Source: Acidobacteriota bacterium (GTDB lineage Bacteria; Acidobacteriota; Vicinamibacteria; Vicinamibacterales; CAVVIG01). From it: DNA of 54,893 nt. The stretch is from contig JAHFUL010000003.1 in assembly GCA_023265155.1 (NCBI GenBank), positions 7,915 through 62,807 of the forward strand, given 5' to 3'. Below are positions 39,205 to 47,779 of this stretch, piece by piece. Made by a program: the position numbers and the translations under genes. Each line of letters starts with the position of its first letter. Position 1 is the stretch's first letter. The notes beneath the pieces are model-generated. The model did no database searches. It saw nothing but the letters and a program-made list of their open reading frames with translations, and was not told the origin of the DNA.

Positions 39205-40337
39205 GTCTGTTGAGAGTGTCTGTAGCGCGACCCTTTCAGGGCCGCGTCGGGGACTGTGGCGTACGCCTGTTCTATCAGCTGCAGATCGCGACGAGCCAGC
39301 GTCAGATTGTACGCGGGCGGACGGTTCTGTTCGATGGCGGCAATGAAGTCCGTCATCATCGCACGATGTCCGGCCAGATCGACGAGGCCCGGGAAACACA
39401 GCCGATGCCGCCGGCCCGCAAGCACGGCGAACACGCCATTGGTTTCGAATCGCAGCGAGCCGCCGGTGCCGTAGACGCGTGACATGCGCATCCCGTTGAT
39501 GAGCCCGGGCAGATCCCACGAATACGACAACGTCGCGACCGCGCCCTCGGCGTACTCGATCGTCACAACCGCACTGCGGTCTGTGGTTGCCCCGCCGAAG
39601 CTCGCGCCGGAGTCGTGCGAGCGAATGCGGGCCTCACCCGCACCAATCGTCCCGCCAGCCACGTCCGCGCGCCCGAGCTGAAGCTCGGGCCTACGAGCGC
39701 GGTCAGCCGTGCCCGCCTCGCCTGCCCCGTGACGCGCGCGAGGGAAGGCCGCGCGCGCTCCGATGGGCGTCAGCCCGATGTTCGCCAGGAGACTCACCCA
39801 ATGAATGCCACCCTCGAACAGCGCGCCGCCGCCGGCCAGCTCCGGCTGGTCTCGCCAGTCGCTCGTCTTCTGTCGCTTGAGCGCGTTGAGCTGAATGAGG
39901 AGCACGGCGCCGAGGTCGCCCTCGGCGATCGTTGTTCTGAGAAGGCGCGTCAGCGGCTTGTAGAAGTAGTTCTCCGCCACCAGGACCTGACGCCCGGCGC
40001 GCACGGCGATCGACTCGATCTCATCGAGCTCCGAAAGGGTCAGGAACGGCGGCTTCTCGACGATGACGTGCTTGCCGGCATCGAGCGCCCGCCTGGCCCA
40101 CTCATGGTGAAGCGACGGCGGCAGCGCGATGATCACCGCATCGATGTCCCGGCTCGCGAGCGCCGCGTCATAGCTGCCGAAGTGCCCGGCGCCGCCAGAG
40201 CGAGCGGCGATGGCGGCTGCGCGTCCGGGGTCGCGACTCGCGTACCAGCGCGGGACCGCCGGGGCGACGGATCGAAGCGTCTTCGAGTGAATGTCTGCGG
40301 CGAAGCCCGACCCGAGGATGCCGATCCGCGGCGTCAT
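39201..40337 (-). CDS. Gfo/Idh/MocA family oxidoreductase with repeat-derived insertion
   Basis: IGILGSG, AL.AGKHVIVEKP, VAENY, WR....AGGGAL...GIH. Confidence 0.9.
   Translation of the reverse strand: MTPRIGILGSGFAADIHSKTLRSVAPAVPRWYASRDPGRAAAIAARSGGAGHFGSYDAALASRDIDAVIIALPPSLHHEWARRALDAGKHVIVEKPPFLTLSELDEIESIAVRAGRQVLVAENYFYKPLTRLLRTTIAEGDLGAVLLIQLNALKRQKTSDWRDQPELAGGGALFEGGIHWVSLLANIGLTPIGARAAFPRARHGAGEAGTADRARRPELQLGRADVAGGTIGAGEARIRSHDSGASFGGATTDRSAVVTIEYAEGAVATLSYSWDLPGLINGMRMSRVYGTGGSLRFETNGVFAVLAGRRHRLCFPGLVDLAGHRAMMTDFIAAIEQNRPPAYNLTLARRDLQLIEQAYATVPDAALKGSRYRHSQQT
39590..39696. repeat. REP (GCCCGAGCTGAAGCTCGGGCCTACGA) plus a second palindromic repeat inside the oxidoreductase CDS
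   Basis: 39670-39696 matches the REP pair at 44927-45021; frame stays open. Confidence 0.8.
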
Positions 40338-41923
40338 AGCGTCGAGGCAATGCGCTCGCCCGCGCGCAGCGCGGTGGCCGCAATCGTGAGCGACGGGTTC
40401 ACACCCCCGGAGCGCGGCAGGACGCTGCCGTCGGTGACGTAGAGGTTGTCGAGGCCGCGGAAGGCGCCCCACCCGTCGAGCGGCGATCGCGCGGGATCGG
40501 TTCCCATGCGGACGGTCCCCACGGCATGTGAAAACGTGTTGATCGCATCGCGAAACATCGTCAGCGCGCCTGCCTCGCGCAGAATCCTCCCGGCAGCCGA
40601 GGCCAACGCGTCGCGCGCCGCGATATCACGGGCGTCGTACTGATGCTCAATCTTCGCTTGCGGCATCCCGAATGGCGTGCTGCCGTTGGTGAGGGCCACC
40701 CGATTGGTCGCCTGGGGTCGATCTTCCGCGATCACGATGAAGCCTGTGGTGTGCGGCATGCCAAAGGGAACGAACCACGGCTTGACGGTGTGCGCGATGG
40801 TTCGCACGAGGCCGGTGTAGCGGTGATCAATCCACTGCGCCGCATGATGAACCATGTAGGCGGTCTGCGGCGTCCCGAACTGCTGGATTGATCCCAGCTT
40901 TCCGTGGGGCGTGGCAACCGACGGGTGGCCGGAGTAGTAGTCCTGGATGCCGATCTGCTTGTGAAATTCGCCGTCGGGCGCAGGCTTCTGTCGAAACACG
41001 CCCATCACCACGGCGTTGCAGTGGCGCATGAGGTAGCGGCCGATCGCGTCGCCTGCGGGATTTGAGCGGTGCAGAGCCGAGGCCATCAGGAGGTGCGGCG
41101 TCGCGAGCGCGCCTGCCGCGACGACGATGGCCTTGCCGGTGAACCGTCGCGGCTCCAGAGTCTTCCGATCCACACACGTCACTGCTGTCACGCGATGACG
41201 GTCAACGACAAACCCGACCGCGACGGTATTGGGCGCGAGCGTCATCTCGCCGCGCTGCAGTTCCGGGACGAGCGTGGTTGCGATGTCGTTTTTCGCGCCG
41301 ATGGCGCAGGCGAATCCGTCGCACGTGCCGCAGCGGACGCACGGGGCACGGCCCGCACCGTTCCCGTAGTTGATCGCGAGGGGCAGCGGAAACGGGTGCA
41401 GCCCCAGACCGCGGGCCACGTCCTTCATGTGCCTCGCGATCGGCGCCAGTGGCGCCGGTGCCTGCGGATATGGAGTCGAGCGCGACGGCTCGGTCGGATC
41501 TTCACCCGCGCACCCCGCCACGCCGAGTAGCCGCTCGGCCTGCGAGTAGTAGGGTTCCAGATCGGCATAGCTGAAGGGCCACCCGGCGCCGGAGTCCAGA
41601 TCGAGATTCGGATCCGGGTCGAAGTCGCGCTCGCGCAGTCGCAGCGCCACGCCTCCGTAGAACACCGATGCCCCGCCCACGCACGCAATCGTACCGAGCG
41701 TATCGGCGTTGCCGCCACGACCCACGCTGTACGGAGCTTCCGAGGAATAGGCCGAGGTGAGGCTGAAAAATCCGTCGGGTCCCCAGTTGCCGGCGCCGCG
41801 CGGCACCCAATCGCCGCGCTCGATCATCAGAACCCGCTTGCCAGCCCGAACCGCCGGCAGGGCCGCCATGGCGCCGCCAAAGCCGCTGCCGATCACAATC
41901 AGGTCGTACTCCGCATCCGTCAC
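40334..41923 (-). CDS. GMC family FAD oxidoreductase
   Basis: YDLIVIGSGFGG, IERG, VGGAS..YG, CVRCGTCDGFAC, HAVGTVRMG, NPSLTIAA. Confidence 0.93.
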   Translation of the reverse strand: MTDAEYDLIVIGSGFGGAMAALPAVRAGKRVLMIERGDWVPRGAGNWGPDGFFSLTSAYSSEAPYSVGRGGNADTLGTIACVGGASVFYGGVALRLRERDFDPDPNLDLDSGAGWPFSYADLEPYYSQAERLLGVAGCAGEDPTEPSRSTPYPQAPAPLAPIARHMKDVARGLGLHPFPLPLAINYGNGAGRAPCVRCGTCDGFACAIGAKNDIATTLVPELQRGEMTLAPNTVAVGFVVDRHRVTAVTCVDRKTLEPRRFTGKAIVVAAGALATPHLLMASALHRSNPAGDAIGRYLMRHCNAVVMGVFRQKPAPDGEFHKQIGIQDYYSGHPSVATPHGKLGSIQQFGTPQTAYMVHHAAQWIDHRYTGLVRTIAHTVKPWFVPFGMPHTTGFIVIAEDRPQATNRVALTNGSTPFGMPQAKIEHQYDARDIAARDALASAAGRILREAGALTMFRDAINTFSHAVGTVRMGTDPARSPLDGWGAFRGLDNLYVTDGSVLPRSGGVNPSLTIAATALRAGERIASTL

Positions 41924-42064
41924 GATCAACCTGTCATGATCGCATTCTGTTGAGCACTTGCGCAACGGCGCGGTCGATCGCGCGAATCTCCGAACGCGGC
42001 GCGAGTTGAAGCCAGCCTCATCCAACCACTCCCGAGCCGGGCGGAAAAGAAGTCGGCGAGAACA

Positions 42065-42331
42065 ATGCCGGTGTCGCCCACCAACCAGATCTTCGCTTGG
42101 GATATCACCTACTGGCGTGAGGCGCTTCAGCTCCTCGAAATTCGACCCGGACCCGATGACGCGGAGATCCTCCCCGACCTGGTCATCCACGCCTACAAGC
42201 CGGCCGTGGATCGGACGTTGATTGTCGAGCAGCTCCGGCGCTCCGTCGACGACCGGGTGAAAACGATGACCGCCGCCTCGCGCTTCGCGGAGGCGCTGCA
42301 CGAGGCGGGCCGGCGGCGCCGCGAGACATGA
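42065..42331 (+). CDS. Small protein of the type found upstream of minimal nucleotidyltransferases
   Basis: VI.AYK..VDRTL..E.LR.S...R motif; ATGA overlap with downstream relic. Confidence 0.6.
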   Translation: MPVSPTNQIFAWDITYWREALQLLEIRPGPDDAEILPDLVIHAYKPAVDRTLIVEQLRRSVDDRVKTMTAASRFAEALHEAGRRRRET

Positions 42332-42406
42332 CCGACTTCGAGGGCTCGTTCGACTGAACGATTCGACTGAAGCGGCCGCCGGACGGCCGAAGGATCTCGA
42401 GGCGAC
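42328..42406 (+). pseudogene. Collapsed nucleotidyltransferase relic
   Basis: MTDFEG start followed closely by IRLKR/AGRPKDLEA (frameshifted), a typical C-terminal motif. Confidence 0.55.
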
Positions 42407-42636
42407 CCCACACTCTGGCGGCGCTGCCTACATGCGGACGCACACGCGTGCCCAGCTCAAGGCTCATCGCGCCGAGCCGCGACGGCTCGGTTCCGAAGTG
42501 AAGCACTCGACGGCCCGCGCACGCGCCCTCGGATGGGCAGTGCGTTGACTTCGTTCTGGTTCGCTGTGGCGTCCGTGGATTGGCCTCCGGCCTGAGCCGG
42601 ATTGCGGAGGTCGTGCCACTTAGCTAAGATAGCCAT

Positions 42637-42936
42637 ATGCAACGAGCCAAGATTGGCGAGATGAAGAACCAGCTCTCCCGGTATCTCGATCACGTCCGTG
42701 AGGGTGGCGAGGTCCTGGTCTTCGATCGCGACCGGCCGATCGCCCGCCTCGTTCCGGTGTCACGCCCCGGCCGGCTCGCCGCCGGTCCAGACGAGGCCCG
42801 AATTGCCTCCCTCGAGCGGCGAGGCCTGGTGCGCCGGGGCTCGCGTGTGGCCGGCCGCAGCAGTCTGCCGCGGCCGATCCGTCTCCGCGGAAGCCTCCTG
42901 CGCGACCTGCTCACCGAGCGCGAGACCGGCTGGTGA
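42637..42936 (+). CDS. Phd/YefM family antitoxin
   Basis: I.E.KN.LSRYL..V..G.EVLV.DR..PIARLVP. Confidence 0.9.
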   Translation: MQRAKIGEMKNQLSRYLDHVREGGEVLVFDRDRPIARLVPVSRPGRLAAGPDEARIASLERRGLVRRGSRVAGRSSLPRPIRLRGSLLRDLLTERETGW

Positions 42937-43433
42937 GATTCTGGGACACGTCGGCGCTCGTGCCCGTCTTCATCGCGGAACGCGAGACGCGGATCGCGCG
43001 CCGGTGGTTCCGGGAAGACCTCGCCGTGGTGGTCTGGTCCCTCACGCGCGTTGAATTGCTGTCGGCGCTCGCGCGCCGCCGACGCGAGGAGTCCGGCGCG
43101 GCGCGTCGTCTCGCATCGGCACGCCGGCGTGTCCTGGCCGCCTGGCCGCAGTGGACCGAAGTCGTCGCCATCGACGTCGTCCGTCGCCACGCGGAGCGCC
43201 TCGTCGAGACGCACCCGCTGCGCGCGGCCGACGCCCTTCAGCTTGCCGCCGCGCTCGTCGTCGCCGAGCAGGACCCGTCGAGCCTCACGTTCGTGACGCT
43301 CGACCAGCGTCAGGCCGATGCGGCCGAGCGAGAGGGGTTCGTGGTGCTCGGACCCGACGGCCTGTCAGGCGGCCACGACAGTCGCGAGAAACAGCCGCAC
43401 CGGATCGACACATCGAAGCGTCGGACGGGCTGA
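42933..43433 (+). CDS. vapC: VapC/PIN toxin
   Basis: FWDTSALV, E..SA, LRAADALQLAAA, VTLD.R...AA..EG. Confidence 0.9.
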   Translation: MRFWDTSALVPVFIAERETRIARRWFREDLAVVVWSLTRVELLSALARRRREESGAARRLASARRRVLAAWPQWTEVVAIDVVRRHAERLVETHPLRAADALQLAAALVVAEQDPSSLTFVTLDQRQADAAEREGFVVLGPDGLSGGHDSREKQPHRIDTSKRRTG

Positions 43434-43621
43434 GATCATCGCATCGAAACATGCGGACGGATGCCGGGCGCAATCGTTGTCGACGACCTGCCTGCGAGAC
43501 GTGTTGCAAAGGCTGCTGACGACGTCGGCATCGACGCGGACGTGTCGTTCATGGTCACCGAGTTGCCCGATGGCGGCAGCTCGGTCGGTCCTCGATGACG
43601 ACAAGCTTGCAATCGGACGCG

Positions 43622-44194
43622 TCATGTCGCGATGTCTTCGAGATCGTTCCCGTACACGTCATCAACGGCGAGACGCGCCGCGACAGCTTCGAGCACGACC
43701 GCCTGTCCCCTTCGCGCCTCGAACGTAATCCAGTCCGTCACGTCGCGGCGATGCAGCGTCAGGTACGGCTCGCGGTGCGAGACGATCAAGACCTCGCGCA
43801 GGCTCGGAATCTGCCCGTAGTGGCGGCGCTTCTCACCGCGATCGTACTCTTCGGTCGAATGGCTGGTGATCTCGACCAGCAGAACGGGATTCGTCACCGC
43901 CAGGGGATCGTCCACCGCGCGTGCGGTACGACCGCAGACCACCGCCACGTCCGGATATGTTGAGAGGCCGCTCGCGGCGATCCGGATCCGCAGGCCCGAG
44001 GTGAACGCGCGGCACCCTGGGGGCCGGGAACCCAGCAGGCGAATCACGGTCGCGGCAAGAGCCGCGTGATCGGGCGATCCGCCCGCCATGGCGTAGATCT
44101 CGCCGTCCAGATATTCGTGACGAATCGCGCTCTCTTCCTCGAGCGCGACGTACTGCTCGTAGGGGTAATGAACGCGCCGTGCTGTAGTGGACAT
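43622..44194 (-). CDS. Uma2 family (DUF820) endonuclease
   Basis: RHEYLDGEIYAMAGGS..H, YPDV.V.C, VEI.S.ST..YDRGEK. Confidence 0.92.
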   Translation of the reverse strand: MSTTARRVHYPYEQYVALEEESAIRHEYLDGEIYAMAGGSPDHAALAATVIRLLGSRPPGCRAFTSGLRIRIAASGLSTYPDVAVVCGRTARAVDDPLAVTNPVLLVEITSHSTEEYDRGEKRRHYGQIPSLREVLIVSHREPYLTLHRRDVTDWITFEARRGQAVVLEAVAARLAVDDVYGNDLEDIAT

Positions 44195-44213
44195 TTCTCG
44201 TGGATTCTAATCC

Positions 44214-44912
44214 CTACGTCCTGACTTTCACGAAGTGCAGCCCGCACTCCGTCTTCTCACTCCCACGCCAGCGGCCCGACCGCGGGTCCTCGCCTGGCAT
44301 CACGGGGCTCGTGCAGGGCACGCAGCCGATGCTCGGATAGTTCTGATCGTGAAGCGGGTTGTACGGCACGTTGTGATCGTGCACGTACGCCTTGACCTCG
44401 TCGAATTTCCAGCGCACCAGCGGATTGATCTTGATGAGTCCGAACCGGGCATCCCAGCTGACGACCGGTGCGTGGGCCCGCTCAGGCGTCTGATCGCGGC
44501 GAATCGCCGTGACCCAGGCATCGTAGTCCGAGAGCGTCGAGCGCAGGGGCTGCATTTTGCGAAGGTCGCAGCATCGATCCGGATCGCGGCCCCACAGCTC
44601 CGGGCCCTCGTGGGCGCCCTGCTCCTCGACCGTGTGTGCCGGGCTCACGCGCTTGATCGTCACGTCGTAACGCTTTTCGATTTGCTTCCACAGCGCGTAG
44701 GTCTCGGGAAACAGCAGGCCCGTGTCGAGCGTGAAGATATCGAGCGGCAGCTTGTGCCGCGCGGCCATGTCCGTGACCACGCAGTCTTCGATCCCAAGGC
44801 TCGTGGCAAACGTCAGGCGGCCGGAAAAATGGTCCGCGGCCCAGACGAGGATGTCCTCGGCCGACCTGGTTTCCAGTTCCTGCGAGGCCTGTTTGATTTC
44901 GTCGGCGGTCAT
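44214..44912 (-). CDS. cysH: APS/PAPS reductase, Fe-S (APS-type) motifs present
   Basis: LDTG..FPET, RCCDLRK, YPSIGCVPCT, RSGRW, ECGLH. Confidence 0.94.
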   Translation of the reverse strand: MTADEIKQASQELETRSAEDILVWAADHFSGRLTFATSLGIEDCVVTDMAARHKLPLDIFTLDTGLLFPETYALWKQIEKRYDVTIKRVSPAHTVEEQGAHEGPELWGRDPDRCCDLRKMQPLRSTLSDYDAWVTAIRRDQTPERAHAPVVSWDARFGLIKINPLVRWKFDEVKAYVHDHNVPYNPLHDQNYPSIGCVPCTSPVMPGEDPRSGRWRGSEKTECGLHFVKVRT

Positions 44913-44926
44913 ATCCACTCGTTCAT

Positions 44927-45021
44927 CGCCCGAGCTCAAGCTCGGGCCTACGAATTTGCGCCGGGCGCGTCACGCCACACTCGGAATCGACGCCTCGTAG
45001 GCCCGAGCTTCAGCTCGGGCG
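44927..45021. repeat. Inverted REP pair (REPIN-like) between cysN and cysH
   Basis: CGCCCGAGCTCAAGCTCGGGCCTACGA ... TCGTAGGCCCGAGCTTCAGCTCGGGCG. Confidence 0.88.
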
Positions 45022-45024
45022 TCA

Positions 45025-46326
45025 TCACGATAGCAACTCTTCCAGCGCCTTGCGGACAGCCTCGATCGCTTCAGCGTCGGACCCTGCCCCCCGCGCCAGC
45101 CGGGCGATCCGCTGTGCCGCGGTCGGTCGCGCGCTGGCCGTTTCGGGGTCGCGCGCCACCCCGGCGATCATGCCCGCGCCGGCCGTGAAGTTGGTCGACC
45201 GATCGATCAGGATGAAGCTGCCGGTCCCGCGGTTCTCGCCGTACCGGTCGAAGATGAGGGGCCGCGCCGTGGAAACCGTGACCGAACCAATCTGATTCAG
45301 CACCAGCCCATGGTCCACTTCGGCGCTCACGGTGCGCGACGTGTGCTTCAGTAGATAGACGCGGGAGGGATCCAGCGGACGCTCGTCCATCCACACCACG
45401 TCGGCTTTGAACCGCTGCCCCACCTGCGGCTCGCCGACGCCAATCATGTCCCCGCGGCTGATGTCGATCTCGTCTTCCAGCGTCAGCGTCACCGACATCG
45501 GCGAGCGGGCCACCTCGACGTCACCGTCCCAGGTCACGATGCGCGCCACGCGCGTGGTGCGTCCTGTCGGCCAGACCGTCACCGTGTCGCCCGGACGAAC
45601 GGTGCCCGACACAATCTGCCCTGCGTAGCCGCGAAAGTCGTGCGCCGGGCGCAGGACGAGCTGCACCGGGAATCGAAACGGCTTCGACGAGACGTTGCGA
45701 TCGACCTCGACCGTCTCGAGGAACTCCAGGAGCGACGCCCCGTCGAACCACGGCGTCCTCTCGCTTTTGGTGATGACGTTGTCGCCGTGCAGCGCGCTCA
45801 GCGGGATGGGGTGGAGCTTCGCGTTCGGCAAAATGCGGTCGAACTCATCCACGATGTCCTCGAACACGGTGCGATCGAAGTCCACGAGGTCCATCTTGTT
45901 GACGGCGAGGACGTAGTCGGTGATGCCGAGGAGCCGCGCGATCTGCGCGTGGCGCCGCGACTGCACGCGCACGCCGTGCCTCGCGTCGATGAGGAGGATG
46001 GCCACGTCCGCGGTCGAGGCGCCGGTCGCCATGTTCCGCGTGTACTGTTCATGGCCTGGCGTGTCGGCCAGGATGAACTTCCGGCGGGCGGTGGCGAAGT
46101 AGCGGTACGCGACGTCGATCGTGATCCCCTGTTCCCGCTCCGCCTTCAACCCGTCGGTGAACAGCGAGAAGTCGATCGGCCCCGCGAGGAGATTCTTCGA
46201 CGCCTTCTGAACCGAGTGCACCTGGTCTTCGTACACGGAGCGCGAATCGTACAGCAGCCGGCCGATCAGCGTGCTCTTCCCATCGTCCACGCTGCCGGCG
46301 GTGCAGATGCGAAGCAGGCCGGCCAT
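45025..46326 (-). CDS. cysN: Sulfate adenylyltransferase subunit 1 (GTPase), no APS-kinase domain
   Basis: GSVDDGKSTLIGRLL, EREQGITIDVAYRYF, DTPGHEQYTRNM, NKMD. Confidence 0.96.
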   Translation of the reverse strand: MAGLLRICTAGSVDDGKSTLIGRLLYDSRSVYEDQVHSVQKASKNLLAGPIDFSLFTDGLKAEREQGITIDVAYRYFATARRKFILADTPGHEQYTRNMATGASTADVAILLIDARHGVRVQSRRHAQIARLLGITDYVLAVNKMDLVDFDRTVFEDIVDEFDRILPNAKLHPIPLSALHGDNVITKSERTPWFDGASLLEFLETVEVDRNVSSKPFRFPVQLVLRPAHDFRGYAGQIVSGTVRPGDTVTVWPTGRTTRVARIVTWDGDVEVARSPMSVTLTLEDEIDISRGDMIGVGEPQVGQRFKADVVWMDERPLDPSRVYLLKHTSRTVSAEVDHGLVLNQIGSVTVSTARPLIFDRYGENRGTGSFILIDRSTNFTAGAGMIAGVARDPETASARPTAAQRIARLARGAGSDAEAIEAVRKALEELLS

Positions 46327-47291
46327 CAGAAATAGCCCTCGCGCTTCTTCAGCTCCATCGAGCCGTCCTGGTCGTGATCGATGATGCGGAGCTGACGCTC
46401 TGAGTTGCGCGCCGCGATGAGCTCGTCGATGATCTTCGGCACGGTGTCGGCGGTGGAACGGACCGCGCCGGTGCACGGTGAGCAGCCGAGCGACCGCATG
46501 CGGCACATGATCCGCTCGGGCCGCTCGCCTGGCATCAGCGGGACGAACGGCTGTTCGAGCGTGATGAGCGATTCGCCGCGCACGACCACCTCGCGCTCCT
46601 TGGCGAAGTACAGCGGCACGACGGGAATCTTCTCGACGTCGATGTAGCTCCAGACGTCGATCTCCGTCCAGTTCGACAGCGGGAACACGCGGATGCTTTC
46701 ACCCTGGTGAATGCGGCTGTTCAGCAGGTTCCAGAGCTCGGGCCGCTGGTTCTTGGGGTCCCATTGCCCGTTGGCATCCCGCAGCGAGAAGATCCGCTCC
46801 TTGGCGCGGGACCGCTCCTCGTCGCGCCGGGCGCCGCCGAACGCGGCATCGAAGCCGCCCGCCTCGAGCGCGTCGAGGAGCGACTTGGTCTTCAGCGCGC
46901 CGCAACAGCGCTGCGTCCCGACCAGAAACGGCGTCGTCCCGTCGGCGATCGCCTCGGTGTTCGTGTGGACGATCAGCCGCGCGCCAATCGATTTCGCGTA
47001 GCGGTCGCGAAACTCGATCATCTCGCGGAACTTGTAGGTCGTGTCGACGTGCAGGAGAGGAAACGGGATGGGCCCGGGATAGAACGCCTTCTGCGCCAGC
47101 CGCAGCAGGACCGACGAGTCCTTGCCGATCGAGTAGAGCATCACCGGCCGCGCGAACTCGGCCACCACCTCGCGCAGGATGTGAAGGCTCTCCGCCTCGA
47201 GAGCGCGGAGGTGGTCGTAGCTCGGCGTGAGCTTCGACTCAGCCGGCTGGTCGACGCGCGTCTCATACATCTGATGCACGGTTGCTGACAT
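46326..47291 (-). CDS. cysD: Sulfate adenylyltransferase subunit 2
   Basis: [39 protein letters not shown]. Confidence 0.97.
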   Translation of the reverse strand: MSATVHQMYETRVDQPAESKLTPSYDHLRALEAESLHILREVVAEFARPVMLYSIGKDSSVLLRLAQKAFYPGPIPFPLLHVDTTYKFREMIEFRDRYAKSIGARLIVHTNTEAIADGTTPFLVGTQRCCGALKTKSLLDALEAGGFDAAFGGARRDEERSRAKERIFSLRDANGQWDPKNQRPELWNLLNSRIHQGESIRVFPLSNWTEIDVWSYIDVEKIPVVPLYFAKEREVVVRGESLITLEQPFVPLMPGERPERIMCRMRSLGCSPCTGAVRSTADTVPKIIDELIAARNSERQLRIIDHDQDGSMELKKREGYF

Positions 47292-47309
47292 AACAAACCC
47301 AACCCTCTG

Positions 47310-47394
47310 ACGACGTTAACCGCAGAAACCGCAGAGCCCGCAGAGTTTCGTTGGAATGCCTCTGCGCACTCCGCGAATTCTGCGGTGATCGTCG
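47310..47394. repeat. Nonamer-based inverted element in the cysD 5' UTR
   Basis: accgcagaaaccgcagagcccgcagag ... ctctgcgcactccgcgaattctgcggt. Confidence 0.8.
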
Positions 47395-47401
47395 GGACAA
47401 C

Positions 47402-47430
47402 AAAAAAGCCCGGGGGTTCTCCCCGGGCTT
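47402..47430 (-). terminator. Intrinsic terminator in the cysD leader (attenuator)
   Basis: Minus strand GCCCGGGG-AGAAC-CCCCGGGC-TTTTTT, 110 nt upstream of cysD on the same strand. Confidence 0.88.
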
Positions 47431-47472
47431 CTCAGTCTCATTCCGCCTGTTGCGATTAGCGGATGTCCGTCG

Positions 47473-47553
47473 TCAATTCGGCAAGACCGGCAGCGCGGGG
47501 ACCCGACGGGCCCTGGTACAACAACACGCGCACATCCGACCTGCCACGGTCAT
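47473..47553 (-). CDS. Cys-rich leader peptide MTVAGRMCACCCTRARRVPALPVLPN (putative cysL)
   Basis: 26-codon ORF with TGC-GCG-TGT-TGT-TGT between promoter and terminator; overlaps the antiterminator strand. Confidence 0.8.
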   Translation of the reverse strand: MTVAGRMCACCCTRARRVPALPVLPN

Positions 47554-47566
47554 ATTTCTGTATCTA

Positions 47567-47595
47567 CTTGTAACAATTTGGCTTGCGGATGTCAA
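47567..47595 (-). promoter_or_regulatory. Sigma70 promoter for the cys leader
   Basis: TTGACA-17 nt-TACAAG with extended TG; -10 imperfect. Confidence 0.6.
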
Positions 47596-47599
47596 CCCG

Positions 47600-47740
47600 C
47601 ATCCCCTGGTGCGGGGGCTTCGCCGGCGGGGCGATTTCGGTCCACCGCATCAGGCGTCCCCGATAGCGCAGTTCAATCGGCCGGTCTCGTGCTTCGCGCA
47701 CCACGACGGTGCTCGGCGCCGGCGCCTGGCTGCACCCAAG
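47600..47740 (-). pseudogene. Possible ISNCY-like transposase C-terminal fragment
   Basis: APAPSTVVVREARD..IELRYRGRLMRWTEI; recalled resemblance only. Confidence 0.4.
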
Positions 47741-47779
47741 CCACGACATGCTCGACGGTCTGAGGCAGGGCCTCGTTAA

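Noticed and set aside
42420..42467. MSLELGTRVRPH resembling a Ser/Thr kinase N-terminus
   Set aside because: Too short, with no kinase motifs following.
47300..47600. SAM riboswitch or T-box upstream of cysD
   Set aside because: No SAM-I or T-box consensus seen; the leader-peptide model explains the structure better.
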